Shown piece after piece: positions 47,589 to 60,110 of a stretch of 64,000 bases of DNA. The notes below the pieces were generated by a model that saw nothing but the letters and a program-made list of their open reading frames with translations, did not search any database and had not been told where the DNA came from. The stretch comes from an uncultured Actinomycetota bacterium (lineage in GTDB: Bacteria > Actinomycetota > Actinomycetes > Propionibacteriales > Propionibacteriaceae), in contig CAVRLB010000001.1 in NCBI GenBank assembly GCA_963722295.1, positions 482,708 through 546,707 on the forward strand, read 5' to 3'. The number at the start of each line of letters is the position of its first letter. Within the stretch, counting starts at the first letter, position 1. The position numbers and the translations under genes were made by a program.

Positions 47589-48318
47589 CGCGATCGATCT
47601 TTGCCTCGGCGATCGGACTGGGCGAGGCGTCCTTCGAAACGCCCCGGGAGGCAATCGTGGTGACGACGTCCAGCGACGCCTGGTCTATCGTCCCGAAGAC
47701 CGTGTAGTCGGGCGGCAGAGGTGAATCCGCCCAGACGATGAAGAACTGCGAGCCATTGGTGTCGGCTCCCGCATTCGCCATCGCGACCACGCCCGCGGTG
47801 TACTGCTCGTTACCGGTCAGCTCGTCCGGGAAGCGATAGCCCGGACCGCCCATGCCGGTGCCGGTGGGATCACCGCACTGCAGGATATAGATGCCGCTGT
47901 CGACCAGCCGATGACACACTGTGTCGTCATAGAACCCCTGCTTGACCAGCGCCTCGAACGAGTTCACGGTACATGGCGCCGCAGCCCGATCCATGGTGAT
48001 CGTCACCGGACCGGCCGACATATCGACAGTCGCGGTGAGCGTGCCTGTGGCCAGGACGTCGGTTGCGGGCGGAGGATCGACCGGCTTGGCCCGCTGGCCG
48101 CCGGCAGAGTAGGTGCAGCTGACCGTCTCGCTCAACGCGCTGGCGGTGCCTGCCGAAGGCGACGCACCCTGCGAAGCCGACGCCGGGCTGCTCGCCGCGC
48201 TGCTGGCCGGTGTGGCGGCCGGGGTGCTGGTCTCCACTGGTCCGCTCGCACAAGCCGAGAGTGCAATGGTCGCGCAGCCGGCCACCAATCCCACCACTGC
48301 TCGCCTGCTCAGTGTCAT
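47575..48318 (-). CDS. Cyclophilin-type peptidyl-prolyl isomerase with lipoprotein signal, 247 aa
   Basis: Signal/lipobox IALSAC, Ala/Ser/Pro linker, cyclophilin core FYDDTVCHRLV...LQCGDPTGTGMGGPGYRFPDE...MANAGADTNGSQFFIV. Confidence 0.85.
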   Translation of the reverse strand: MTLSRRAVVGLVAGCATIALSACASGPVETSTPAATPASSAASSPASASQGASPSAGTASALSETVSCTYSAGGQRAKPVDPPPATDVLATGTLTATVDMSAGPVTITMDRAAAPCTVNSFEALVKQGFYDDTVCHRLVDSGIYILQCGDPTGTGMGGPGYRFPDELTGNEQYTAGVVAMANAGADTNGSQFFIVWADSPLPPDYTVFGTIDQASLDVVTTIASRGVSKDASPSPIAEAKIDRVSLG

Positions 48319-48364
48319 CTATTCGTCCCCTCGTGCCGGCCATCGGCCAGGTAGGCTTTCGGTC

Positions 48365-48991
48365 ATGGTGCATCTCACCCGTATCTATACCCGAACCGGC
48401 GATGCAGGACAGACACGACTCTCCGATAACTCGGTCGCTCAGAAGACCGATTCACGAGTCGAAGCCTACGGCACTGTCGATGAACTCAATTCCGCCATCG
48501 GTGTCTTGCTGGCAAACTACGAGGTCGACCCACACGCTCAGGCCGCGCTGCAGATCATCCAGAACGAACTCTTCGATCTCGGTGCCGACCTGTCGAACCC
48601 GGTGGCACCCGATCCCAAGTGGGAGCCGCTGCGCATCATCCAGTCCAGCATCGACCGCCTCGAGGGCTGGTGTGACGAGTTCCTCGAAGGCCTGGGCAAG
48701 CTCGATTCGTTCATTCTCCCGGGGGGCTCACCGACCAGCGCCCAGTTCCATCTCTTACGGACGATGGCCCGCCGCGCCGAGCGTCAGGCCTGGGTCGCTG
48801 CCGAGGACCACGGTCTGGAGGATGGCTCGACCGGGCCCCAGGGCGGCATCAGCCCGTTGCCGTTGAAGTACCTCAACCGGCTCAGTGACCTGTTCTTCAT
48901 CATGGCCAGGCGCGCCAACATGCTCGCAGGCATCTCCGATGTGCTCTGGATTCCCGGTGGGGAACGCAACCCTGGTCAAACGGGAGGCTGA
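48365..48991 (+). CDS. ATP:cob(I)alamin adenosyltransferase, PduO type, 208 aa
   Basis: From ATG 48365: RIYTRTGDAGQTRL...VEAYGTVDELNS.IG...QNELFDLGADL...FILPGG...LH..RT..RRAER. Confidence 0.88.
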   Translation: MVHLTRIYTRTGDAGQTRLSDNSVAQKTDSRVEAYGTVDELNSAIGVLLANYEVDPHAQAALQIIQNELFDLGADLSNPVAPDPKWEPLRIIQSSIDRLEGWCDEFLEGLGKLDSFILPGGSPTSAQFHLLRTMARRAERQAWVAAEDHGLEDGSTGPQGGISPLPLKYLNRLSDLFFIMARRANMLAGISDVLWIPGGERNPGQTGG

Positions 48992-48996
48992 GGCCC

Positions 48997-50046
48997 TCAG
49001 GGCACCCGATAGGTCCAATCGTCGGCACCGAACTTCGTGCGGACCAGTTCGGACGCCCGAGCAAGCTGATCGTCGCTGTAGCCGGCATCCACGCAACGGT
49101 AGCGGGACCTGAAAGACTCGAGGAACGACGACATCACCTGCTCCCGCGGCATACTTGTCTGCGAGCACATCGGATCGACCCATTTGTTGGCGCTGGCCGT
49201 GCCCTTCGCGCTGATCGGTTCCCTCCCCAGCCGCAAGACCTTCGCCAGCAGCCCCATATCCATGGCATAGGCACTGGTCACATGATGAAGCACCGTGCCA
49301 TCGGCGAACCGGCGCTGAGCCGCTCCGCCGATCTTGCCCTTATCCGAGGCGATGTCATTGAGCGGCAGATAGCGCGCTCGGACGCCAACTTGTGCCAGCG
49401 CGTCGAGCACCCAGGCGTCGAGGAACGCATAGGACTGCTCGAAACTGAGCCCCTCGGTCAGCGATCCCGGAACCGTCAACGAGTAGGTGATGCAGGTGCC
49501 CGGAGGCATGTACATCGCTCCCCCGCCGGAGATCCGCCGCACCACCTGGAATCCGTACTCAGCGGCATTGTCGGGATCAACCTCATTGCGCACCGATTGG
49601 AAGGAGCCGATGACCACAGCAGGATCGTCCCATTCCCAGATCCGGAATGTGGCATTGCGCCGTCCGGCGCGGATGTCATCGGCCAGAATCTGGTCGAGCG
49701 CGACATGGGTGGCCACCGGCAGCCTGACCGCGGGGATCACATCGAAGGTCAGGTCCCGCCAGTCGGTGGCACCGAGGACCGCTCGGCGCACCGCGATGGC
49801 GATCGTCGCCGCGCGACCGTCGGGGGCGTCGGGCCACGCGTCGGCGGCGAGGCGCGCGAGACTCTGCACGTCCGCGACGGCTGCCCCCTGGAGCGCCACC
49901 TCGGCCCGCCCCAGGCCGCTGCGCATCTGGTCATCGACATCGCCTGCGGCCGCTAGCTGTACCCGCGTCAACCGCTGATCGACGACCTCGATCTCCGCGC
50001 TCACCCAGATGCCGTCGGCGGACGCGTACTCACCACGCGCTTTCAT
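48997..50046 (-). CDS. Lipoate-protein ligase family protein with the accessory domain at the N-terminus (circularly permuted layout), 349 aa
   Basis: Catalytic core FRIWEWDDPAVVIGSFQS...VVRRISGGGAMYM...GKIGGAAQRR ends at the C-terminus (...FGADDWTYRVP). The N-terminal ~95 aa (GEYASADGIWVSAEIEVVDQRLTRVQLAAAGD) resemble the LplA C-terminal domain. Confidence 0.75.
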   Translation of the reverse strand: MKARGEYASADGIWVSAEIEVVDQRLTRVQLAAAGDVDDQMRSGLGRAEVALQGAAVADVQSLARLAADAWPDAPDGRAATIAIAVRRAVLGATDWRDLTFDVIPAVRLPVATHVALDQILADDIRAGRRNATFRIWEWDDPAVVIGSFQSVRNEVDPDNAAEYGFQVVRRISGGGAMYMPPGTCITYSLTVPGSLTEGLSFEQSYAFLDAWVLDALAQVGVRARYLPLNDIASDKGKIGGAAQRRFADGTVLHHVTSAYAMDMGLLAKVLRLGREPISAKGTASANKWVDPMCSQTSMPREQVMSSFLESFRSRYRCVDAGYSDDQLARASELVRTKFGADDWTYRVP

Positions 50047-50072
50047 AGCTCCTCAGTTCGTGCTTCAGGCCG

Positions 50073-50534
50073 CTAGCGGCGGCGGCGGTAGTCGCCCTGC
50101 CCCGGAGGAGCGGCCTCCAGCCAGCTCACCAGGCCCATCGCGGAACCCTCATTGAGCGCCAGATCCCATTCTTGTACCGGCGAATCCGGTCGCTCATCGT
50201 CGACCCGCAATGACAGGATCGTCGAAAAGGCATAGCCGAGTTGAGACTCGGCCGCATCGGTTTCCCGCAGACCGCTGACCGCGCATTCGCTCCGGACGAA
50301 TACCCTGCTTGGCCTGGGCAATACGTTCCAGAGCAGATACCACTCGAAGCACTCACCCGAATAGCGCGCCAATCCCAGCCGCCAGCGACGAGCACCCTGC
50401 AATCGCAATCCGCAATCGAAGAGACCGCCACTGCTGCTCAGCCAGACCCGGCGGAGAAAGACGGCCAACAGGTAACACAGGCCGACCACCAGAACGATGG
50501 TGGCCAGCCAATTCGGCCACCCGGGATCGTCCAT
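50073..50534 (-). CDS. DUF2550-like membrane-anchored protein downstream of atpC, 153 aa
   Basis: N-terminal TM segment then CGLRL...WRLGLARYSGE.FEWY pattern. Conserved position after atpC in actinobacteria. Confidence 0.6.
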   Translation of the reverse strand: MDDPGWPNWLATIVLVVGLCYLLAVFLRRVWLSSSGGLFDCGLRLQGARRWRLGLARYSGECFEWYLLWNVLPRPSRVFVRSECAVSGLRETDAAESQLGYAFSTILSLRVDDERPDSPVQEWDLALNEGSAMGLVSWLEAAPPGQGDYRRRR

Positions 50535-50577
50535 GAACAGAGATTAGCGCAACTGTTCCTGGTGGCGCGCACTATCT

Positions 50578-51003
50578 CTAGTGATTCCGCTTCATCAGCT
50601 CGCCGTACTTCTGACCGGCTTTGACCTGCGACTGCAGCCTGCGGTACTGCCGCAGCTCTCGCTCGCTCGCCTCGGCTGCCTGCACCCTCGCGTGCAGCGC
50701 CGCAAGCCCGACCTCGGCATCGTCGACAGAAATCTCGCTTGCCAATTCTCCGAACGACGATATTACGGACACATGGTTATCGAAGACCGACAGAAAACCC
50801 GAATCGATGGCTATCACGTGACGCACACCGTTGGATGTGACCACCTCAGCACCGTGAGGTACGAGCACCGCCATCAGTGGCTCATGACCCGCGAGAATGC
50901 CGATATCGCCCTCAACGGTGCGCGCCAGAACGCTCAGCGCATCGCCCTGCCAGACAAGTCCATCGGTGGCGACGAACCTGACATTGAGTAGGTCAGACGC
51001 CAT
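50578..51003 (-). CDS. atpC: F1 ATP synthase epsilon subunit, 141 aa
   Basis: Beta-sandwich plus helical hairpin pattern (GDIGILAGHEPLM). 1-nt gap to atpD. Confidence 0.9.
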   Translation of the reverse strand: MASDLLNVRFVATDGLVWQGDALSVLARTVEGDIGILAGHEPLMAVLVPHGAEVVTSNGVRHVIAIDSGFLSVFDNHVSVISSFGELASEISVDDAEVGLAALHARVQAAEASERELRQYRRLQSQVKAGQKYGELMKRNH

Positions 51004-51004
51004 C

Positions 51005-53405
<2,401 letters not shown>

Positions 53406-53408
53406 AGG

Positions 53409-55040
53409 TCAGCTCCGATTCCGTTTGATCTGCTGCTGCTCGATGTCGGAGTCGGTGACATCATCGGCCTCGACCTCACCGAGCAGCGCGCCGGAGGCGG
53501 TGCGGAAGGTCTTCTTGAATGACGCCATCCGAGACCTCGCCAGCTCCAACTCGGCATCTCCGAAGACACCGGTCTGGGCGATGGTGTCCAGCAGATCCGA
53601 CCCGTGCCGCAGGCTATCGAGGAATTCGGTCTCGAACCGCTGCACGTCTTCCACCGGCACCTCGTCCAGTTGGCCGGTGGTGCCGGCCCAGATCACCGTG
53701 GTCTGTTCCTCCATCGGCATCGGGCTGTACTGCGGCTGACGCAGCAACTCCATCAGACGGGCGCCGCGCTCCAGCTGACGCTTCGAGGCATCGTCCAGAT
53801 CGGAGGCGAACATCGCGAACGCCTGCATGTCGCGGTACTGCGCGAGCGAGATCTTCAGGGTGCCGGAGACCTTCTTCATCGCCTTCGTCTGCGCGGCGCC
53901 ACCGACACGCGAGACCGAGATGCCGACGTCGACGGCCGGACGCTGGTTCGCGTTGAACAGATCGGACTGCAAGAAGATCTGTCCGTCGGTGATCGAGATC
54001 ACGTTTGTCGGGATGTATGCCGAGACGTCGTTCGCCTTGGTCTCGACGATCGGCAGGCCGGTCATCGAGCCGCCGCCCAACGCGTCGGAGAGCTTGGCGC
54101 AACGCTCCAGCAGGCGGGAGTGCAAATAGAAGACGTCACCGGGATAGGCTTCGCGGCCCGGCGGGCGGCGCAGCAGCAACGACATCGCGCGGTAGGCCTC
54201 GGCCTGCTTGGTGAGGTCATCGAAGACGATAAGCACGTGACGGCCCTGGTACATCCAGTGCTGTCCGATGGCCGAGCCTGCGTAGGGAGCGATGTACTTG
54301 AAGCCTGCGGGGTCGGACGCCGGGGAGTTCACGATCACGGTGTAGTCCATCGCGCCGTGCTTGCTCAATGTCTCGTGTACCTCGGCGACTGTGGAGTTCT
54401 TCTGTCCCACTGCGACGTAGATGCACAGCACCTGCTTCTTCGGATCTCCGCTGGCCCAGTTCGCCTTCTGATTGAGAATCGTGTCGATCGCGATGGCCGT
54501 CTTGCCGGTCTTACGGTCGCCGATGATCAGTTGGCGCTGGCCACGTCCGATCGGGGTCATCGCGTCGACGGCCTTCAGCCCGGTCATCAGCGGCTCGTTG
54601 ACCTCCTGGCGATCCATCACGCCGGCCGCCTGGAGTTCGAGCGGACGGCGCTGCGTGGCCCCTTCGATGTCACCTTTGCCATCGATCGGGTTACCCATCG
54701 CGTCCACAACGCGTCCGAGGAAGCCGTCGCCCACCGGGACCGAGAGGATCTCGCCGGTGCCGACCACCCGCGAACCTTCTTCGATGCCGTCCGAATCGCC
54801 GAGGACCACGACACCGATCTCGCGCGCCTCAAGGTTCAGCGCGATACCTAACGTGCCGTTCTCGAAGCGCAGCAGCTCATTGGCCATCGCCGATGGCAGG
54901 CCCTCGACTCGGGCAATGCCATCGCCCGAGGTGATGACGCTTCCGACTTCTTCCCGGGCCGACTGAGTGGGCTCGTACTTGAGCACGAACTCGTTCAGCG
55001 CATCCCGGATCTCATCGGGGCGAATCGTCAGTTCCGCCAT
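53409..55040 (-). CDS. atpA: F1 ATP synthase alpha subunit, 543 aa with ~30-aa C-terminal extension
   Basis: ATG 55040 (GGAG 6 nt upstream). Walker [11 protein letters not shown]-terminal tail ...[25 protein letters not shown] extends beyond the usual ~510-aa end. Confidence 0.97.
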   Translation of the reverse strand: MAELTIRPDEIRDALNEFVLKYEPTQSAREEVGSVITSGDGIARVEGLPSAMANELLRFENGTLGIALNLEAREIGVVVLGDSDGIEEGSRVVGTGEILSVPVGDGFLGRVVDAMGNPIDGKGDIEGATQRRPLELQAAGVMDRQEVNEPLMTGLKAVDAMTPIGRGQRQLIIGDRKTGKTAIAIDTILNQKANWASGDPKKQVLCIYVAVGQKNSTVAEVHETLSKHGAMDYTVIVNSPASDPAGFKYIAPYAGSAIGQHWMYQGRHVLIVFDDLTKQAEAYRAMSLLLRRPPGREAYPGDVFYLHSRLLERCAKLSDALGGGSMTGLPIVETKANDVSAYIPTNVISITDGQIFLQSDLFNANQRPAVDVGISVSRVGGAAQTKAMKKVSGTLKISLAQYRDMQAFAMFASDLDDASKRQLERGARLMELLRQPQYSPMPMEEQTTVIWAGTTGQLDEVPVEDVQRFETEFLDSLRHGSDLLDTIAQTGVFGDAELELARSRMASFKKTFRTASGALLGEVEADDVTDSDIEQQQIKRNRS

Positions 55041-55064
55041 CGCGGTCTCCACTCCTTGTTTCGG

Positions 55065-55841
55065 TCAGCCGATCAGCCGACGCGCTTGGTTAAGTCTGTT
55101 CTCGATGGTGCCATCGATAATCTCGTCGCCCACCTGGATGCGTACGCCGCCGAGCACATCGGGGTCGATCTCCACGCGAACGTCGATCGCGACACCGTAA
55201 ATACGCACCAGTTGCGCCTTGAGATGGGCGAGTTGCCCGTCGGTCAGCGGATGCGCCACGCTCACCTTCGCGACCGTGCTGGCCTGCACCTGTGCGGCCA
55301 ACTCGACATAGGAATCCAGCGTCTTCACCAGCGGGCGTTCCTCGACGGTCAAGGCCCGCTGCAGCAACCACAGGCTCTGCGGACGAACCTTCGCTGCGAC
55401 CAGCGTGCCGATCAGTTCTTGACGGGCCGCCAGACCGATCCGCGGATCGGTGAGCGTCTTTTGTAGCTCGGGATCGCTTTGCACTGCTCGGGCGAAACGG
55501 AAGACCTCCTCGGAGACCTGGTCGATCTGGCCCCCCGCCCGCAGGCTCGCCCGCACAGCCAGCCGCTCGACCAGATCCTCCAGATCGCGGGAGTCCTTGC
55601 AGCGGGCGGCGGCCTCGGCCACGAGTTCTGCGGCCTTGTCACTCACTCGTCCGCTCAGCAGAGTCCTCGCCAGCCGGGAACGCGCGTCACAAGACAGCGT
55701 GGCATCGCTCAGCGCACCGCGCAGCCGGGCCTGGCCTGCCAGCGCGTCGCAGACCGCAGCGAGCCCGTCGATGTCGGATTGCTGCAACTGCAGGCTGTCG
55801 GCCTTGGCGTCCAGCCCACGCATTCGGATCTCGGTCTCCAT
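55065..55841 (-). CDS. atpH: F1 ATP synthase delta subunit (long actinobacterial form), ~258 aa
   Basis: OSCP/delta C-terminal pattern VAHPLTDGQ...L....G..I.V.V.IDPDVLGGVRIQVGDEIIDGTI. ATG 55841 or GTG 55844. Confidence 0.88.
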   Translation of the reverse strand: METEIRMRGLDAKADSLQLQQSDIDGLAAVCDALAGQARLRGALSDATLSCDARSRLARTLLSGRVSDKAAELVAEAAARCKDSRDLEDLVERLAVRASLRAGGQIDQVSEEVFRFARAVQSDPELQKTLTDPRIGLAARQELIGTLVAAKVRPQSLWLLQRALTVEERPLVKTLDSYVELAAQVQASTVAKVSVAHPLTDGQLAHLKAQLVRIYGVAIDVRVEIDPDVLGGVRIQVGDEIIDGTIENRLNQARRLIG

Positions 55842-55843
55842 CA

Positions 55844-56458
55844 CTACTGCGTCCCTGCCCCTGAGGGCCCGGCGAGCGCGTCCGGAACAAAGTCCGGCAC
55901 CACTCGCGACGGCTGGGCATCGAGCTCGGCCAAGAACCGGTCGACAGTGCGCGATGCAGCCTGAGAATCGGCCAACGACTCTCCGATCACGCGTTCGGAC
56001 AATTGGACGGCCAAGCTGCCGATATCGGAGCGCAATTCGTTGTACGCCTGCGCACGCTCGTTGCTGATCTGCAGTTCGGCGGACCGACGGATGCGAGCCG
56101 CCTCGGCCTCAGCCTCCTTGCGGGCGGCCTCGATGATCTGAGCCGCTTGAGCTCGTGCCTGCTCGCGAAGCCCAGCGGCTTCCTCACGCGAACTGGCCAA
56201 CTGCTCCTGGTAGTGCCGCTTGGTTTCCTCGGCCTCTTGCTTGATCACCTGAGCGCGGTTGATGCCGCCCTCGATTGCCTCGGCCCGCTCCTCGTACATC
56301 TTCTCGAACCTGGGCACGGCGATCTTCTGGACGCCAACCGCGACGATGATCGCCAGCACGAGTCCGACGACGAACTCCGACAGGTGTTCGGGGGCCAGCG
56401 GTCCCAGCGAGAACTCCATGGGGATCAGTCCCGCACCAATCATGGTGGGACCGATCAC
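55844..56458 (-). CDS. atpF: Fo ATP synthase subunit b, 204 aa
   Basis: Single N-terminal TM followed by a long charged helix (EERAEAIEGGINRAQ...). GTGA overlap with the atpE stop. Confidence 0.88.
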   Translation of the reverse strand: MIGPTMIGAGLIPMEFSLGPLAPEHLSEFVVGLVLAIIVAVGVQKIAVPRFEKMYEERAEAIEGGINRAQVIKQEAEETKRHYQEQLASSREEAAGLREQARAQAAQIIEAARKEAEAEAARIRRSAELQISNERAQAYNELRSDIGSLAVQLSERVIGESLADSQAASRTVDRFLAELDAQPSRVVPDFVPDALAGPSGAGTQ

Positions 56459-56676
56459 TGGATGACGAAGGCGAGCACGAAGCCCAGGATGGCGAGTGCT
56501 TCGACAACGGCGAAGCCGATGTAAGCCGTGCCCATCATGGCGCCCCTGGCCTCAGGCTGTCGGGCAGTGCCGTTGATGACCGACGAGAAGATCCAGGCGA
56601 CACCGAGGCCCGGGCCCAGCGTGGCCAAGGCGTAGCCGATGACGTTGATCGAGCCGGCCAATTCCATGGGGGTCAT
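56455..56676 (-). CDS. atpE: Fo ATP synthase subunit c, 73 aa
   Basis: Two-TM hairpin with GLGVAW...RQPE loop and carboxylate in FAVVEALAILGFV. Confidence 0.92.
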   Translation of the reverse strand: MTPMELAGSINVIGYALATLGPGLGVAWIFSSVINGTARQPEARGAMMGTAYIGFAVVEALAILGFVLAFVIQ

Positions 56677-56712
56677 TCTTCGTTCCTTTCGTTTGCCTTC
56701 AGGCTGATGTGA

Positions 56713-57486
56713 TCAGTGGCTTTCACTGATCGACGATGAGATGTACTGCGCGGTAAGGATCGTAAAGATGTACGCCTGCAGGAAGCCGATGAACAGCTCG
56801 AAACCCAACATTACGAAACTGAAGATCAGTGAGAATCCCCCGCCGACCTTGAGGAAGATGCCGTCCGATTGCGTCATCAAATAGGTACCGCCGATGACGA
56901 AGACCAAGATCGTCAGGTGGCCGGCGAACATATTCGCGAACAAACGAACGCCGAGCGTCAACGGTCGAGTGATGAAGGTCGACAAGAATTCGACCGGCAC
57001 GATGATCGGGTAGAGATACCAGGGCACACCTGCGGGTATCAACGCCTTACGCAGATACCCGGCGCCATGAGTGCGGAATCCGGCGTAGACGTAGATCACC
57101 AGAACCATCGCGACCGCACCCCAGGCGTAGCCGATATTCGACATGGTCGGGAACATGAACAAGAAGAGTTCGCCGAACCAGTTGTTCACCAAGATGTAGG
57201 TGAACAACCCCACCAGCAGGCCGATGTAAGGCCGGAAGCCGGGCCCCAGAACATCGCGGCCGACGCCGTTGCGGATAAACCCATAGAGATACTCCATGAG
57301 GAACTGCCGCTTGTTCGGCACCGTTGTCAAGCGCCTGGAGGCCAGCCACCAGATGACGATCACCACCAACGCGGCGATAACGGCCTGCACCATGGGCTTG
57401 GTGATCCAGTCGGTACCGAAAAGCCCCGGGAACTGAAAATCCTCCACGCCCGGCGGGGTGTAGCCCCCACCTTCCATCGGGATCAT
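56713..57486 (-). CDS. atpB: Fo ATP synthase subunit a, 257 aa
   Basis: From ATG 57486 (ATGA overlap with the upstream stop): essential Arg region LTLGVRLFANMFAGH. Confidence 0.9.
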   Translation of the reverse strand: MIPMEGGGYTPPGVEDFQFPGLFGTDWITKPMVQAVIAALVVIVIWWLASRRLTTVPNKRQFLMEYLYGFIRNGVGRDVLGPGFRPYIGLLVGLFTYILVNNWFGELFLFMFPTMSNIGYAWGAVAMVLVIYVYAGFRTHGAGYLRKALIPAGVPWYLYPIIVPVEFLSTFITRPLTLGVRLFANMFAGHLTILVFVIGGTYLMTQSDGIFLKVGGGFSLIFSFVMLGFELFIGFLQAYIFTILTAQYISSSISESH

Positions 57487-57710
57487 GCCACTCCCCCGTA
57501 CCGCTTGATAATGATATAAAAGCTGACGATCATTCCCGCGAGGAACCCGATCATCATCAGGAATGACGTATTCAAGACACGGTCGGCCAACCATCCGAGA
57601 CCACCGTACAGCCCGATGCCCGCCAGCAGGTAACTGAGGATCGTCAAGCCTTGATCCTTACCGTGTGTCTGCGGGACCGGACGCCTGTTGTCGGTCTGCT
57701 GATGGCTCAT
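57483..57710 (-). CDS. AtpI/AtpZ-like small membrane protein, 75 aa
   Basis: From ATG 57710 (ATGA overlap). Two TM segments (LTILSYLLAGIGLYGGLGWL; FLMMIGFLAGMIVSFYII). Located immediately upstream of atpB. Confidence 0.6.
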   Translation of the reverse strand: MSHQQTDNRRPVPQTHGKDQGLTILSYLLAGIGLYGGLGWLADRVLNTSFLMMIGFLAGMIVSFYIIIKRYGGVA

Positions 57711-58159
57711 GCGTCCCACCCCTTGGGGGCCACATAGGGCTGGTCGTAGATCGGAATGCGCATTCGGGAATGAACCACGATCAACCCGCTCAACCAGCCG
57801 ATGACGGCGGCGAACGCACCGGCGCCCACCCACAGCTGGGAGACCAGCGACGCCGGCGTCGCGCTGCTGAGGGCCCACGAAAGCAGAAACCCGAGAAGGA
57901 CGACGCGCACCAGATATCCGGACATGATCAGCACCATGCCTTGGCTGTTGGCCAGCCGCATCGCGGACCGCTCGACCACCTGCCCGGTCCAGAAATACGC
58001 CAGTACGAGCACTACCCCGGCCGATGCGCTGGCCAAACCGCGGCGTTGATCGACGATGGTAGCGGTCACGACCGAAAGCCCGCCGACGAGCAGACCGGCC
58101 AGCGCGGCTGAGGAGAGGAAGCGTCGAGCGCTGCCGACCGCCGTAGCTGCAAACGCCAC
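57707..58159 (-). CDS. Hypothetical four-TM membrane protein at the head of the atp operon, 150 aa
   Basis: GTG 58159 with SD GGAGGAG 5 nt upstream. Its position corresponds to the conserved hypothetical gene between wecA and atpB in mycobacteria (from memory). Confidence 0.5.
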   Translation of the reverse strand: MAFAATAVGSARRFLSSAALAGLLVGGLSVVTATIVDQRRGLASASAGVVLVLAYFWTGQVVERSAMRLANSQGMVLIMSGYLVRVVLLGFLLSWALSSATPASLVSQLWVGAGAFAAVIGWLSGLIVVHSRMRIPIYDQPYVAPKGWDA

Positions 58160-58246
58160 AGTGTCTCCTCCTCGATGAACGTCACGGGCGATGAGTCTGA
58201 GTCTAGGGCATATCCGCCGCTCGCTGCGCATCGGGCGGTCACTTCG

Positions 58247-59356
58247 TCAGACTCCGGCAGGAGCCTTCTTGCGTCGTCCGGGACTCAGCGTGACAAGCAC
58301 CGCGATGACAATTCCCACGGCGATGAGGGCCAGCGCCACGGGCAGCCGGACGAGCCCGAAGGCGATCGCTCCGTAGGCGATCACCGCGCTCCACAGGTAG
58401 AGAACCCAAACCGCGTTGACCACGGAATGGCCTCGTTGGATCAGCCGATGATGCAGGTGTTGCTTATCGGCGACGAACCACCACTTGCCATGCCAGGTGC
58501 GGCGAATATAGGAGGTCGCCAGATCGAAGAGCGGCAACGCCATGACGGCAAAGGGCAGTGCAAGCGGTAGCCAGTTGGGCAGCATTCCGGTGCCCTCGGG
58601 GTTCAGCGACTGTGAATCGATCTGACCGGTGAATGACAGGGACGAACAGGAAAGCAACAGCCCGAGCAACATCGACCCGGCGTCACCCATGAACATGCGT
58701 GCGCGATGGAAATTGTGCGGCAGAAAGCCCAGGCAGACTCCGGTGGTGGTGACGGTGGCGAGGCTCGCGGTGGTCGCCACGACGAAATTCTGCTCTCGGG
58801 CCAGCACATATGTATAGGTGAACATCGCGGACGCGCCGATCGCGACCACACCGGCGGCCAGCCCATCAAGCCCGTCCATCACATTGATCGCGTTGACGCA
58901 GACGAAGATGAACAGCACCGTGATGATGATCGAGGTCGCCTGGTCGAGCGCGATGATCCGATTCGGCAATGAGATCCAGTACATTCGCACCCCGAAAAGC
59001 ACCGCGACGCCGGCGGCCAGCACTTGACCCGCGGCCTTGGCGATGGCCGGCAGATCGATGATGTCGTCGATCACTCCCACCAGCCAGATCACCGCTCCGG
59101 CCGCCAGGATGCCCTGCGCATCGCGGGTGACCACCTCGTGGCGTCCCAGGAACGGCATCATCGAGCCAAGCAGGAAGGCCACTGCCACGCCGCCGAGCAT
59201 CGCCATGCCACCCAGATACGGCGTTGGGCGGGTATGAACGTCGCGGACGCGGATCTGCGCCTCGATACCGAATCTGATGGCGATGGCGCGGCACAGACCC
59301 GACAGCAGATAAGTGGTTGCTGCCGCGACGAGCATCACCAACAGGTATTCACGCAT
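58247..59356 (-). CDS. wecA: MraY/WecA-family polyprenyl-phosphate N-acetylhexosamine-1-phosphate transferase, 369 aa
   Basis: From ATG 59356: DDIIDL, NVMDGLDGLAAG, FMGDAGS motifs, about 10 TM segments. Conserved position between Sua5 and the atp operon. Confidence 0.8.
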   Translation of the reverse strand: MREYLLVMLVAAATTYLLSGLCRAIAIRFGIEAQIRVRDVHTRPTPYLGGMAMLGGVAVAFLLGSMMPFLGRHEVVTRDAQGILAAGAVIWLVGVIDDIIDLPAIAKAAGQVLAAGVAVLFGVRMYWISLPNRIIALDQATSIIITVLFIFVCVNAINVMDGLDGLAAGVVAIGASAMFTYTYVLAREQNFVVATTASLATVTTTGVCLGFLPHNFHRARMFMGDAGSMLLGLLLSCSSLSFTGQIDSQSLNPEGTGMLPNWLPLALPFAVMALPLFDLATSYIRRTWHGKWWFVADKQHLHHRLIQRGHSVVNAVWVLYLWSAVIAYGAIAFGLVRLPVALALIAVGIVIAVLVTLSPGRRKKAPAGV

Positions 59357-60110
59357 CCGGTGTCTGCCCGGCCTCGGGCGCAGCCGCGTCATCGGGATCG
59401 GCATCCGGCGTCGGCTCGGGGGCTGCCGGGGCGATATCGGTGAGCTCGGGCATCACCTGCGCCAGATCTGCAAAGCTCAACACACCGGCGCGAACGATAC
59501 GGCCGCTCGAAGCCCCAGCCAGATCGATGATGGTCGACGCCGTCGGTCCCGAAGTGGCACCGGCGTCCAGGTAGACGGCGACCGAATCGCCGAGTTGTTC
59601 GATGGCCTCGTCGATGGTCGTGGCCGGCGGCCGTCCGGAGGCGTTGGCGCTGCTGACGGCGAGCGGGCCGGTCTGGCGCAACAGCTCGCGTGCGTCGTCC
59701 TGATCGGGCACCCGCACGGCAATCGTGCCCTCGGTCTTGCCGAGGTCCATCTTGAGGGTTGGTTGTGCCTTCATGATCAGCGTGAGTGCCCCTGGCCAGA
59801 AGCGGTTGATCACAGAGTCGACCTCGACCGGCACCTCGACGACCAGCGCTCGCAGCATCGCCGGTTCGGCGATCAGCACCGGCGGCGGCATATCGCGGCC
59901 ACGCTGCTTGGCGTCCAAGAGCCCCTGCACGGCCGCCGGCTGCAATGCATCGGCGGCGATACCGTAGACCGTGTCGGTCGGAAGAACCACCAACTCGCCG
60001 TTCGCGATGGCATCCTGAGCCGCAGCCAGACCTGCATCGTGCTCGGCAGAAAGATCGAAGCGCCGCCAGCGCGGCTGCTGGGATCCAGGGTTCGACAACT
60101 CACTCACCAT
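59349..60110 (-). CDS. L-threonylcarbamoyladenylate synthase (YrdC/Sua5 family), 253 aa with Pro/Asp-rich tail
   Basis: VVLPTDTVYGIAADA, ...IAVRVP, SSANASG motifs. Confidence 0.85.
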   Translation of the reverse strand: MVSELSNPGSQQPRWRRFDLSAEHDAGLAAAQDAIANGELVVLPTDTVYGIAADALQPAAVQGLLDAKQRGRDMPPPVLIAEPAMLRALVVEVPVEVDSVINRFWPGALTLIMKAQPTLKMDLGKTEGTIAVRVPDQDDARELLRQTGPLAVSSANASGRPPATTIDEAIEQLGDSVAVYLDAGATSGPTASTIIDLAGASSGRIVRAGVLSFADLAQVMPELTDIAPAAPEPTPDADPDDAAAPEAGQTPDA

